A stretch of DNA of 57,943 bases from Chiloscyllium plagiosum. Taxonomy: Eukaryota. The position numbers were made by a program, and so were the translations under genes. Below the pieces are notes generated by a model, which searched no databases, was not told the origin of the DNA, and saw only the letters and a program-made list of their open reading frames with translations. The stretch spans positions 1,471,212 to 1,529,154 of the forward strand of contig NC_057759.1 of assembly GCF_004010195.1 (NCBI RefSeq), read 5' to 3'. Below are positions 36,819 through 49,334 of this stretch, piece after piece (the stretch's first letter is position 1; every line of letters begins with the position of its first letter).

Positions 36819-36995
36819 CTTCCTCACTCTTACATTCAAATCCCGTCACACGGAACCAGAAATTCCTACCAGCTTTTCTGATTGCTTGCTGCAGCTTCAC
36901 ACCAACCTTCCATGCTTACAGAACCAACTGCCTTGAATGTGCTGATTTCCCGACTGGCAGTCTCTCTGAGAGTTAAGTGCTTTTGTTGTTTGATT
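36819..36995 (-). other. Candidate non-coding (5'UTR) exon of the receptor gene
   Basis: Strong acceptor (cctttttctctttcag) and donor (AAG/GTATGC) in apparently unique sequence; stops in all three frames. The leader exon has an upstream acceptor at 32810-32812. Confidence 0.35.
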
Positions 36996-37559
36996 CTGAA
37001 AGAGAAAAAGGAACTGCAGTGACAGAAGGAACAGCTGCGTTGTTGTTTTGATACTGTTTCCACTCAGTGTTCCAGTCCGTCCCCGCTCCCTGCGGGCCAC
37101 TGAAAACAGCACGGGAGGTGGAACCAATTTGAGCAGAGGCCTCTGTGGGGCAAGAGGTTTCCATTCTGAAATGTCATGTTCAGTGGAGCTCAGCGAGTGG
37201 GAGGGGAATTGTTGAAGTGAAATTGTGTGTCTTAACGAAACGGTAACTGAGAGTGCTGACGGATGGATATTCATGTACAGGATACATAACAGCCTGGAGG
37301 CTTGGCTGCTTCTCACATCTGGTGTATGAGTGGAAGGTAAGGCAGGAACACAGGTCTGCTGTAGTTCCTTGTTCAGTAGATTAGCTAAAAAAAAAACCCT
37401 CAATGGATATTGGCAACTAAGTGCAATAGTATTAACAACACCTCCGCTTAGAATAGAAAGAAACTTATTAGATTAATGGAAGGAAACTTCAGAGTGATTC
37501 AGTGCAGAGGGATTTGGGTATCCTTGTGCATGAATAGCGGAAAGATAGTGAAATTACTC

Positions 37560-39260
37560 CATGAGACGACTTTCCCATCACCAAGTCCCCCTTCATTTAC
37601 ATGTATATAGTACATCACACTGGCTCAGAGCCCGTTCCTACAATGAACAGAAACCCTTCCACCCCTGTTTATATCTCTCAGTCAGGGCTCCCAGATCGGA
37701 CCAGGTTAGAAGCACCAATCATGGGACTTAGGTTCTATGAGGTTCGCCTGGTTGACCTTATTCCAAACACTACATTCCACTTTCCCTCAGTGCTGGTACA
37801 CAGACCTGTTCTTTTTCCCACATTATATCCTTGGGCGTTTTAGCATCAGGTCCAGTCCTTCCAACTCTGCCTTGAATACTGGCGGCTTTTACCGGATCGT
37901 AGCCTGCCTCTTGCTCGCGGTGTTGGAAGAAAGTCATCATCCTCCTCAGTCAGTAATGGTGTGAGGCTGTTACATATGCCGTGTCATTCTGAGAGGTTTC
38001 TGCTAGGATAGGCGGAGGGGGAGAACTCACAGGTTCTGACAGCCTTGCTGGATGGTCTCAGGTAGTGGGGTATGTTCTGCTCCGGCCCAGTTTGTGAGGT
38101 TGCAGCTTTCATATGGTCCATGTGTTTGTTCAGAATTGCATCTTCTACCCAAAATTTGTATGTCATGGGACGGACTTCGTGCCGCCATGTCTCTTACCCA
38201 TGTAGAGCCATCCCATGGTTTCAAGACTATGCTTCGTCCATTGAAGTAAACTGACTCTCCAACTTGGAGGAGTCTTGGGTCCAGCACTGAGTGCACCTCA
38301 TATCGTTTCACCCTCTCTCTCAGGTCTGGGGAGATCAGGTTTAACCTGGTGTAGAGACTTCTCCCCATTAGCAACTTTGCATTTGAGCTGTCCCTGTAGT
38401 TGTGTGAGGAGTGGTCCTATAACTGAGCATGAACCGGGACAGGTTGGTGTCGAGTGAAGCTGTATGCTGTTTCTTTCAGGAGAAAGTGAGGACTTCAGAT
38501 GCTGGAGATCAGAGTCAAAAACATGTGGCACTTGGAAAGCACAGCAGATCAGGCAGCGTCAGAGAAGCAGAGGAGTCAATGTTTCACTCATTCCTCATTA
38601 AGGGCATATGCCCTAAGCATCAACTCTCCTGCTTTGCTTTTCCAGCACCACACTTTTTGATGATGTTTCTTTAAGCCTTCCTTCAACGTTGCTCTGCTCT
38701 TTCTGCCAGACTACTGGACGATGGACCGTATGGAGCTATACTTCCATACCAAATGCTATGCGCCTTTAGGAAATTGTAGTGATTGAACAAAGAGCCAGGT
38801 GAGACCCCAGATTGGGAGCATTAACTTTGACCAATTAGGGCGCTCTGGCTGACAGATCCACGCAGGAGTCTCAGATGATACCCCAGAGAGCAGTCTCCTA
38901 CATTGATACAAACCCCTGTGTACTCTCATTTTAGCATACTTCTGGGAATCCTAATCCAATTACAATTGCAGATATGCATAGCTCATGTCCAGATTCGTGA
39001 AGAACAGCATCCCGCCAAACTTGAGTATTGATTCTCTTTTTGAGGGATTGGCTGCCAACAGCAGTTCGTTATCTGATAATCCCACGAAGGTAAACTAACC
39101 TGTTGTGCCTCATAACTGGTATGACCGGTGATGCCCATTCCACAAACTGGGCAGGTTTGATGACTCCTTTCCAGCCTTCGGAAATCTACCTCTACTTTTG
39201 TGCATAAAACTAATGGCACTGGCAGAATTATGGAATTGCTTCTTGGCCTCTTTGATCATC
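37560..39260 (-). mobile_element. Decayed Ty3/Gypsy LTR-retrotransposon integrase region and probable LTR remnant
   Basis: Minus-strand fragments APYGPSSSSLAERA, SYRTTPHTTTG and LMGRSLYTRLNLISPDL resemble Gypsy integrase core/C-terminus; many stops and frameshifts. Boundaries approximate. Confidence 0.7.
38477..38663. mobile_element. Decayed palindromic Penelope-terminus element nested in a Gypsy remnant
   Basis: Same family sequence; 9-bp TSD tgtttcttt at 38468-38476 and 38664-38672. Confidence 0.7.
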
Positions 39261-39272
39261 CCTGCAGCCTGG

Positions 39273-39565
39273 AGCAGTGACTCACAGCACCAGGGAGCCG
39301 GGTTTGATTACACCCTCCGCCAACTGTCTGTGTGGAGTTTACATATTCGCCCCATGGCTGCATGGGTTTCCAATGATGCGCCGATTTCCTCCCACAGTCC
39401 AAGGGTATGCAGGTTAGAATCAATGGCCAAGCCTAATTGCCCTGTACGAGGATTAACCCTGGGAATTGCAGGGTTACAGCATGGGTCTGGGTCGGATACT
39501 CTTCGGAAGGTCGGTGTGTACTCGATGGGCCAAATGGCCTTTATTCCTACAGTGGGTATTCTATC
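39273..39565 (+). mobile_element. HE1/V-SINE-like element
   Basis: Diverged copy of 1505-1798 in the opposite orientation. Confidence 0.75.
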
Positions 39566-41269
39566 CTATAAGCTTGCTGAAAAACTTGCCAATATTGAAT
39601 TTGGACATTACCCAGGCAGTCGTTTTCCAGCCAGAAAATGTTGAGCTAATCAAGGTGAATGTTTCTCAAACAATTTCACCGTCAAGCTTGGACCCGAGGC
39701 TTTTAGTACAGTCAGTGAGAAATGAATCCGCTGCTTCTCATAAGAGACCAGAACCGAACTTGTACCCTTAATTGGTAGGAAGTAAAAGCAATTTAACTGT
39801 TCCAAATCAGCTATAGGTGCACTTTCCTGGATGTGCACCATCCGGGATACCAACCAATGAGTTCTTTTGCTGGGCATCATGGCTGTCTTTTGTCCACATA
39901 CAAACAGAAACTACAATCACCTGTTGGCCTGCATGAGTACAATTTTTAAACATGAACCATTCACTATCCACCAGCAACCACATTAGTATGGCTCCACAAT
40001 GCATCCTTGCCAATTCATGCCTCTTAAATTATATATTCCTATATTTAGATTCTGGATCCTACCCTCGAGTTCAACTACTTGGCTCTTCATCTTCATGGCG
40101 AATAGTGTCACATTATGGTCACTCTTCTCCAAAGGATCTTTACATAACAAGACTTAATTTCTCATTGCAAAGTATCCCATCTAGATAAGGCTGTTGTCCA
40201 GTAGGTTCTTCAAGGTTAAAGAACAATCCCTTTTCACTCTTCAAGACAGTGGCTTACCAACACTTTCTCAAGGACAACTAGGAACAGGCAATAAATACTG
40301 GCCAGCCAGTGACACCCACATCCCTCAAATCAATTTTTAAAGTACACATACACGTACTCACGAAAACATTCCATCATTTTGTTTTGTCGATGTCTATGTC
40401 AATTAAAGTCACCCAAGATTGCAATTGCACGGTTATTGCAAGAATCTCTGATGCCTTGCCGCATATCTGATTACGCTTGTAGGAAGGCTAATAGAACGGT
40501 AATCCATTATTACAAGGGGATTTGAATACAGGAACAGTTAAGTTTTGTTTCAAATGCATAGGATTTTGGTTAGGCTGTACCTGCAGGTGTGTGTGCAGTT
40601 TGGGTCTCCTTATGTCAGGAAAGATGCTATTTCCATGTAGAGAGAGAGCCATGAAGATTCACCAGACTTGCCCCTGGGGCCAACATCCTATGAAGAGCCA
40701 GTGGGCAAATTGTGCCTGCATTGTCTAGCATTCCACGGATGAGCGATGATATCATTGAAAATAAAGTAACACAATTCTTAAAGAGACATGTTACCTATAG
40801 GTTGAATATTTACTGGTTGGGGGAGACGAGAACTGGGCAGGATTTTAAAGTAAGTGTGACTTCAACGATGAGGGTTTATTTTGTTTTGCTCATTAGATTG
40901 TAATCTTTTAGAATTCTCTACCTGCAGGGTGCTCGGGTCACTCCATCACTGTGTATGTTTAAGGTAGAGGCTGATAAATTTCTCATCACCAATCTTCAAG
41001 TAGGTTATGGGATGGAGTGTGTAAAATGAATTGTAGTGCTCGATCAGCCATGGTTGTATTCAATGGGACACCTGCTGATGGGGATGAATGGCCAACTCCT
41101 GTTATTACATTCCTCTGTTGCGAAATCTGGTTGCTTTTCTCTTAGGAATACACTCAAGTATTTTCATTCCCTAACAATGAAATGCTGCTCGGAAATGCAC
41201 AATTTATACACTTGTTGACTCAAAAACGTGTTCTCTGATTAATGCAGTAGATATGAAAATGTAGTTATA

Positions 41270-41830
41270 GTGTTATAGAGATAGACAGCATGGAAACAGA
41301 CCCTTAGGACGAATTTGCCTATGCCAACAGATATCCTAAATCAATCTAGTCCCCTTTGCTAGTACTTGGCCCATATTGCTGTCACCATTCCTATTCACAT
41401 TCCCATATAGATGCCTTTTAAATGTTGCAAATGTAACAGCCTCCACCACTTTCTCTGGCAGCTTATTCTTTACATTGCACCATCCTTGGTATGAATAACG
41501 TTGCCCCTTAAGTCCCTTTTAAATTTTGCTTCTCTTACCCTAAACCTATGCCTTCTAGTTTTGATTAACTACCCTTCCCCCCAAACTACCACCATCCCGG
41601 GGAAAAGATTTTGTCTATTTACCATATCCATGCCACTGATGATCTTATAACATCCCTAAGATCACCCTTCAGCCACTGACGTTTCAGAACAAACAGCCCC
41701 AGCCGACTCAGCCTCTTCCTATAGCTCAAAGCCCCTAATCCTGGCAATATCTTTGTAAATCCTTTCTGAACCCTTTCAAACTTCACAAAATCCTTCCTGT
41801 AGGAGGGAGACCAGATTGCATGCAATATTG
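41270..41830 (-). mobile_element. CR1 LINE 3' remnant
   Basis: WSPSYRKDFVKFERVQKGFTKILPGL..LSRLGLF. Confidence 0.8.
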
Positions 41831-42080
41831 CGAAAGTATGAGATTATACTACATCTGTACTTTCTCTCAGGGAGGGATTGAAGATTATCAATGATTGAAT
41901 CAAGCTTCATCAAAGCAAATATTTCCAGTAAATAAATCTGACAAATATGTGTTTCTGTAAATGAAAGCTTCACCCCATTTTAATTTAACTTTAGGACTGG
42001 AAAAGCAGCGTTCGCAACTTTGTTTATTTCTCATATATTGCAAGTAAGCTGGAGTCTAACGGTAGAAATATGAAGAAAGG

Positions 42081-42100
42081 TAGATAGTTAGATAGATAGT

Positions 42101-42149
<49 letters not shown>

Positions 42150-42150
42150 G
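42081..42150. repeat. (GATA)n microsatellite
   Basis: Visible directly. Confidence 0.95.
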
Positions 42151-43737
42151 GATATGACATTTGATGCATAAATTTTTAATATCGTTTTTCATAATAGAGT
42201 ACATATCTATTAATATTGCACGATTTCATTCGGACTGTTACTGCTGAGCCCTGGTTTAACGTGCATGTCTTCCTTTCTTACCTTCATATAGCTACCCATC
42301 GTAGAAAAAAATGAATGAAATGAAAGGATTTGTTATCGAACATCATGCTGCAAATAGAATTAACCCAGAGATGTTAAAAAAAAGTTAGAAACAAGATTAA
42401 ATCACAAACGCTAAATCTTCACCCTTGGTGAAAAAGTAATGCATTAATTCGACAACTCAATTGAAGTAATACACTAAAATTCTACACCATCTGACAATGC
42501 TTCCAGCTAAATTTGAGTCAGAATTCAGACACATTTAAATCATTTTCCGAGTTACTTACACCATTGTTTTCATGGAAGGGAAAATCGAGCTTATGTTTGC
42601 ATATAACTCCTTATGTCAAGAAGGGAAAGGTGTGAATTCTTCCCAGAAACGAAACAGTCCTGAAGCTAGCAGGATTTCCAAGTGTCTCTTTCCCCAGTAC
42701 GTGAACCACACTGGCAAACTCTGCAAGAATCTGTATACTACTTCCTTTTAAATTATCTATTCATCTCGTTAGGCAGCCAGTGGCGTTTTTTTTTCAAGAT
42801 GTGTGAAAGCAGTGTTGCAATTGCAACAAAATAAGGACTGAAAACATGCACCCGAATAAAACTCTATTGCTGTTTCGGATGGTTGGAAATCAGTTCTTCT
42901 TGGAATTGCATCTCATTCCGGAGTGTGCTGTAGACAGAACCGTGTCTGGAAACATTTCTTTATAAAAAAAAAGGGGTGGACACCGTGCAACATTGCGCAT
43001 TTGTCACCCCTGACAGAGGAAATGTCGTACTGGAGGCAACATCTCAGCATCTATGGAATAGCAACGATTAAATGATGGCCTTGTTGCAATTGTTTCTTGT
43101 CTTTTGCTAAGAGAAAACAGATAAGATTAAAATCCACCAGCACATGTTCCAAGTTTTAAGCCCATGTGTATTACTGAGAGATAAAGAAGTTAGCTTTGTC
43201 TGACAGTGAGAATCAGCAGACATGCACACAAATCAGCAATGCCTACTGTCACCACCCCAAGCGTTTACAGCGCAGAATCACAGATTGGAACAGTGCTATC
43301 AGATCATGTAGCAGGGAAAAATTATTTTATGGTCAAATACTGTCAAAGGGGGGGGGGGGGCAGGGGTGATGCTCTCAATCCTGCACCTTGGATAATGGTT
43401 CGTTTCTTTCCTCTCTTAAATTTATCTACATTCATGTGCCGATTAATTAAATAATATGGGTCAAATACCCGCTCGCAGATGGTATTAAGTTCTGGAAATG
43501 GTTGAGGCGGGTACATTGACAGCATTTAGAAGGTATTTGGACAATTACATAGATTGTAAACGTTTGGAAGGATACGGGCCGAGTGCAGGGACATGGGGTT
43601 AGAGTGGCTGGACATCTTGGTCAGCGTGGAGCACATTGAACTGAACGGTCTGTCTCCATGCTCTCTCTGCATGCTTCCCCAGTGCTATCACACTGCTCAG
43701 ATAATGTTGATTTGTATATAGATGCTTAAAAACTCAC

Positions 43738-44004
43738 TGGAATGGCGATAAATTTGCTGTTCAGGAGAGACCCTGCCTGCTGGTTAGAAACAGCACAGTG
43801 CTAATTGCCGTCTTCACGTTTGCTGATGTTGATGGATGTGTGTACGGTTCTGCAGTGGTTGGAGTATTCCCAGTCAACCTCCTCACCATCCTCGTAGAAA
43901 ATATATTCAACTGGGGTCGAAACGACTGGTTTAACGAGGTGCTGTCTCCCTCCACTACCTCATTTCCAGGTGGGCACTCAGCTCTAGGACTGACACAGGA
44001 ATGC
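43738..44004 (-). pseudogene. Decayed Ig-domain pseudo-exon paralogous to receptor domain 5
   Basis: After a cag acceptor: IPVSVLELSA / PGNEVVEGDSTSL / PVEYIFYEDG..ISKREDGN*HCAVSN..SKFIAIPV. Two frameshifts, first Cys region lost, TAG at 43801-43803 in place of the Tyr of YHC. Confidence 0.75.
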
Positions 44005-44299
44005 CTGTGATTAAAGCAAACTGTTAGGCACTTTTCTAAGGCAGGAGTTGTTGTTGTGTTCAACAACAAACAGTACTCCCACCATACAGTCAGAGAGAGT
44101 TACAGAGTCACTGAGAAAGTCAGAGAGGCAGGGAGAAACAGAGAGAGACATAGACACACACAGGCATATGGAGTTATATAGAAACATAGTCAGAGTCAGA
44201 AAGAGGCACAAGATCATCGAGATTAATCGACATAGTGTTAAAGCAAGTCATAGACAGTCCAACAGAGAGAGATAGAGACCTCGCGGTCTGTACAATATA

Positions 44300-44700
44300 C
44301 CTCACCGGGGGGGGTCTCTCCTGTCCCCCTCCACCCCCCAATAACCACCATCCTGCCCCTCGGGAACGGGACATATTGACACAGTCCGCTCTCCCTCGGC
44401 GCTTTTCCTTCCCGCGTGGCCCCGGCGCCATTTTAGCTTCAGGCCCCGCGCGAGATGGCGGTTAACGGCCGCCTCGTGCCCCAAGTGACCGTTAGCAGCT
44501 GCTTCAGGGGGAAGACTCTTTAAAGGGACAACCCTTTCAGGAGAGAGAAACAACAGGGCCGGCTCCGGGACTCGCCAAACTCAATAATAATGACAAATAC
44601 ACACAGAGTGTTGGGAGTGAACAAGAAATTGTGCGGCGGCACATCAAGACCAAAGGCCACTCTCCCGAAGGACGGCTGCCCCGGACTCGAAACGTTGACT
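44300..44700. promoter_or_regulatory. CpG-rich promoter-like island with two YY1-type motifs
   Basis: GGCGCCATTTT 44424-44434, GAGATGGCGG 44452-44461; local CpG enrichment; minus-strand donor CG/GTGAG at 44301-44306. Confidence 0.45.
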
Positions 44701-44809
44701 CCGCTTTCTCTCTGTCTGTCTCTGGACAGATGCTGCCAGGCCTGAAGCACAAACAAGGTCCTCGGGGGTGAGTCCGAGTTCAGGATCCTGTTAAGGTTCG
44801 GTTGGCAGA

Positions 44810-46040
44810 TGGATGACAGTGTGGGAGGGTATGCAATGGGATTAGAAGAATAGAGGCGGAGACTGTTTCCTAAATGGGGAAAGGTTTCGGAAATCTGAAG
44901 CACAAAGGGAGTTGGGAGTCCGAGTTCAGGATTCTCTTCAGGTTAACAGGCAGGTTCAGTTGGCGGTAAGGAAGGTAAATGTCATGTCAGCATTCATCGT
45001 GGGAGGGTTAGAATACAAGAGCAGGGATGTACTGCTGAGGCTGTATAAGGCTCTGGTCAGACCACATTTGGAACATTGTGAGCAGTTTGGGCCCCCTATC
45101 TCAGGAAGGATGTGCTGAACTTGGAGGGCGTCAGGTGGGGGTTTACAAGAAAAATCCCAGGGATGAAGCACTTCTCATATGAGGAGAGGTTGTGGACTCT
45201 GGTTCTTAACTCGATGGAGTTTAGAAAGATGAGAGAGAACCTGATTTAAACTGACAGAATATCGAGAGGTCCATTCATGCATCTGTCTAGATACATCTTT
45301 ATTGATGCTATCGTCTGGGGAGTGTTTCTGAACAAACAGACCTACGGGGTGTAGGAAGGCAGTTCCTTAAATGTGGCATTGTGGCTTGACACTGTGGTGA
45401 AGTAAGCATTTGGCATGCTTACCTTCACTGGTCAGAGCACTGACGACAGGAGTTGGGGCATCATGTCATAGCTGTACAGGATGTTGGTGAGACCATTTTT
45501 AGGATACTGTGTACAGTTTTGGTCAACCTACTGTAGAAAGGACGTCGTTAAGCTCAAAAGGTTATAGAAAAGATTTACAAAGATGTTACCAAGGTTGCAG
45601 GGTTTGAGTTATAAGCAGAAGCTTCATAAGCTAGGAGCCTTTCTCCCCTGGAGCATTGGAGGCTGAGGGGGTGACCTTATCGAGGTTATAAAATCACGAG
45701 GGGCACAGAAAAGGTAAATAGGTATAGTTGTTTCCCCAATGTAGGTGTGTCCCAAACTAGTGGACATAGGTTTAAGGTGAAAGTGCAAAGATTAAAAAGG
45801 GACCTGGCAGGCAAATTTATCACACAGAAGGCAACGAGTATATGGAAAGAGCTGCCAGAGGAAGTGGTAGAGGCAGGTACGATTACATGGAAGAGACATT
45901 TGTAAAGGAACATGGATAAGAAAGGTTCAGAGAAATATGTGTCAAATGCAGATAAATGGGACTAGTTGAGTTTGGGCAACGTTGTCAGCATGGGTGAGTT
46001 GGGCTGAAGGGCCTGTTTCTGTGCTGCATGACTCTATGAA
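44810..46040 (+). mobile_element. Two adjacent CR1 LINE 3' remnants
   Basis: GLEYKSRDVLLRLYKALVRPHLEHCEQF; second copy 45330-46040 ends gtgctgcatgactctatga. Confidence 0.82.
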
Positions 46041-46534
46041 AATGGATGAGAATAACAAACTTTGCCTGAATGTACAGGAGGAGCTGTGAATATGTGGGGT
46101 CATTATACAGACCAATTTCTTTTGGCAAAACACATGATTGGAACAAATCAAAAACTGACCGTGACAAATATTATTTCTGTGTACTCTGAACAGGATGTAG
46201 CCATCTCTGCCAAGGTGGGAAGTGGATGCAATTCCGAAATGTCCTTGAACCACTCGACTTGCTCAGCCAGAAGGCAGTGAAGAGTTTGCAAAGGGTTAGG
46301 AATCATGTGCAGAGCAGAGCGGGTAGGGAGGTCAGATTTCACTCCTTTAAGGACCATCGCAGACAGGAACAGGAGAAGGCCATTCGGCCTTTCGAACTGC
46401 TCATCCATTTAATAGCATTGTGGCTGATGCCCCATTCCTCACGCTCACTTTCCTGCACTTAACATGTAACCCTCAATTCCCTGACTGATCAAGAATCTCC
46501 TGCTCCTGTCTCCACACACAGCTCTCTGTGGAAA

Positions 46535-47034
46535 NNNNNNNNNNNNNNNNNNNNNNNNNNNNNNNNNNNNNNNNNNNNNNNNNNNNNNNNNNNNNNNNNN
46601 NNNNNNNNNNNNNNNNNNNNNNNNNNNNNNNNNNNNNNNNNNNNNNNNNNNNNNNNNNNNNNNNNNNNNNNNNNNNNNNNNNNNNNNNNNNNNNNNNNNN
46701 NNNNNNNNNNNNNNNNNNNNNNNNNNNNNNNNNNNNNNNNNNNNNNNNNNNNNNNNNNNNNNNNNNNNNNNNNNNNNNNNNNNNNNNNNNNNNNNNNNNN
46801 NNNNNNNNNNNNNNNNNNNNNNNNNNNNNNNNNNNNNNNNNNNNNNNNNNNNNNNNNNNNNNNNNNNNNNNNNNNNNNNNNNNNNNNNNNNNNNNNNNNN
46901 NNNNNNNNNNNNNNNNNNNNNNNNNNNNNNNNNNNNNNNNNNNNNNNNNNNNNNNNNNNNNNNNNNNNNNNNNNNNNNNNNNNNNNNNNNNNNNNNNNNN
47001 NNNNNNNNNNNNNNNNNNNNNNNNNNNNNNNNNN
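46535..47034. other. Assembly gap (500 N)
   Basis: N run. Confidence 1.
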
Positions 47035-47149
47035 CCTTTATTTCCCAACAATTCAAAGTCTATTCACAACAAAAAAAGTGAAACAGAAGCCAAACAATGA
47101 ATTTCCATCAGTGTTTAGGGGATTATAAACCCCAAGAATGTCCCTCAGC

Positions 47150-47790
47150 AGCTTCTTCCCCCTCTGCCTCCCTCAGCAGGCCCACACACAGCCCGAGAAA
47201 GGCCTCTCTCTTCCCCCCAGCCCGCTCACTCCAAGTTCCAGGACCAGTTCCTGCTCCGCTCGGCCTCTTACAAACAGCCCCCGGTTCTCCCTGAACTCAC
47301 CCCGAACCAATCCCGGTCTCGGAGCCCCCTCTGTGTCCCAGGCTCCCATCCCGATGTGCTGCTGGAAGGAGCCTGCTGTTCCCTCGCTTCCCTGGGCGCT
47401 GATCTCTCCATTGCGGTCTGTTTCAAACAAACCTCTTGCACTCACTGAGTAAATGCTCCTCAATGGCAGCGCTGGGGGAGGGCCTCATGCATGCGCTCCT
47501 CTACTCAGGAACAGTCAGCTTTGGTGGAAGGACTGCATGGCGCACGCGCTGCTTTTTCCAATGATTCCCAGAAACAAACATCAATTGGTCATTTCCCCAA
47601 TTCCCTTTTCTCCCAGTTTGACCGAAGGAACCGGCACTGTCGGGTAAAGGGCAGACTGGGACATTGCCCTTTATGAAGCTCCAATGGAGCTCATTCCTGG
47701 GCAATGTTAATAACTCCTCCCTCCGGCTCTCTCACAATCTGATCAGGGGGCGGAGAAGCTGGCGGCCACTCGGCCCAACCCCTGTGCTCC
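47150..47790 (-). promoter_or_regulatory. GC-rich promoter/first-exon-like region
   Basis: NRF1-like GCATGCGC (~47489) and GCGCACGCGC (~47540), GC box GGGGGCGGAG (~47746), minus-strand donor CA/GTGAGT at ~47440-47446. Confidence 0.4.
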
Positions 47791-47975
47791 CCCATTCAAT
47801 AACATCACGTCTGATCTTATGTTAACTGTGGTATTTATCCTGCTGATCCTCATCCACAAATATTAATTCCTTTAAAAAAGTAACATGTGGAAAATAGTAA
47901 CACAAATGAAATAAGTGGAACACTCTTACTAAGGCAGAATGTAACTGTTGGAGGGTGTCTTGCATCACAGTGTTA

Positions 47976-48197
47976 GTGCTGAAAGTGTGTTGCTGGAAAA
48001 GCTCAGCAGGTCAGGCAGCATCCAAGGAACAGGAGAATCGACGTTTTGGGCATAAGCCCTTCTTCAGGAATGAATCTGAAGAAGGGCTTATGCCTGAAAC
48101 GTCGATTCTCCTGTCCCTTGGATGCTGCCTGACCTGCTGCGCTTTTCCAGCAACACATTTTCAGCTCTGATCTCCAGCATCTGCAGCCCTCACTTTC
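47976..48197. mobile_element. Palindromic Penelope-terminus-derived element with inverted hammerhead pair
   Basis: ~90-bp inverted arms identical in type to the 21953-22045 terminus; 13-bp TSD catcacagtgtta at 47963-47975 and 48198-48210; plus-strand core CUGAAGA 48076-48082, GAAA 48096-48099, GUC 48101-48103. Confidence 0.82.
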
Positions 48198-48814
48198 CAT
48201 CACAGTGTTAATCCCTGTTTCTGGTTCAGGAGGCGTGTGCAAAAATCAGACGTGGAGCACGTTTGTGCAATAACGTCTCTGGGCCTCGATTGTGTATAGC
48301 GGACAACAGATGTTAGTGTCAGGTATGCTGCAGGTATGCTGCAGACAGAAACCTTGTGATGTATTGTATGCCACAACAAGAAACCCCAGGTGTTTTTGTT
48401 TATTCACTCTGGGGACGTGGACGTCGCTGGCTGAGCCGAACATTTCTTCCCCTTTGAGCAGGCGGTGGTGAGCCATCTTCTGGAACAGCTGTTGTCCATG
48501 TGCTGCCCACAATGCCATGAACAGGGAATTCCAGAGTCTTGATCAAGCGACAGTGAAGGAAAGGGGATATATTTCCAAGGATTATGGGTGTGGCTCTGAG
48601 AGAAACTTGCCCCCTATCATGCTGATGTCTCCCTACATCAACTGCATTTAACTTTTCTGATGGACATTGCCCTGAGTTTGGAAATTATTATTGTTGTAAA
48701 CTTAACAAAACTTTAGGCTTCTGAAAGATAATATTTGATCCCAAGAATGGACATACAAATTGGGAAGAAAATAAACAGACAAACATAAAAGCCTGGGAAC
48801 AATTTAGAATTCAG

Positions 48815-49320
48815 GGCAGAGGAGATGACTTGGGGGTTGCAATGAGAGAGAAACTCGCTGAGATCTTTGTAGAGAGAGGAGGAGAACTTCTTCAAGGCAG
48901 CATCCTTACAAGACGATTCACAGTAAGCTTAGCATCAACTTCATGGACTTCACCAGTTTCCACATTTCCCCTCCCCCCACCTTACACTAGTTCCAACCTG
49001 CCAGCTCAGCAGCATCGTCATGACCTGTCCTACCTGCCAATCTTCCTTCACATCTATCCGCTCCACCCTCCTCTCTGACTTATTACCTTCATCCCCACCT
49101 CCATCCACCTATTACACTCTTAGCAATCTTCTCCCCAGCCCCACCCCGCTCACATTTATCTCTCCACCCTGGAGGCTCCCAGCCTCATTCCTGCCGAAAG
49201 ACTTTTGCCCGAAACGTTGATTTTCCGGCTCCCCGGATGCTGCCTGACCTGCTGTGCTTTTCCAGCACCTCTCTAATCTTGACTCTGATCTCCACCATCT
49301 GCAGTCCTCACTTTCGCTAT
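48815..49320 (+). mobile_element. Penelope-like 3' fragment, probably with an inverted 5' segment
   Basis: Same terminal sequence family with decayed hammerhead core (ctgccga..gcccgaaacgtt); 14-bp TSD aatttagaattcag at 48801-48814 and 49321-49334. Confidence 0.75.
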
Positions 49321-49334
49321 AATTTAGAATTCAG

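Noticed and set aside
46445..47100. 190-203-aa ORFs
   Set aside because: Artefacts of the N gap.
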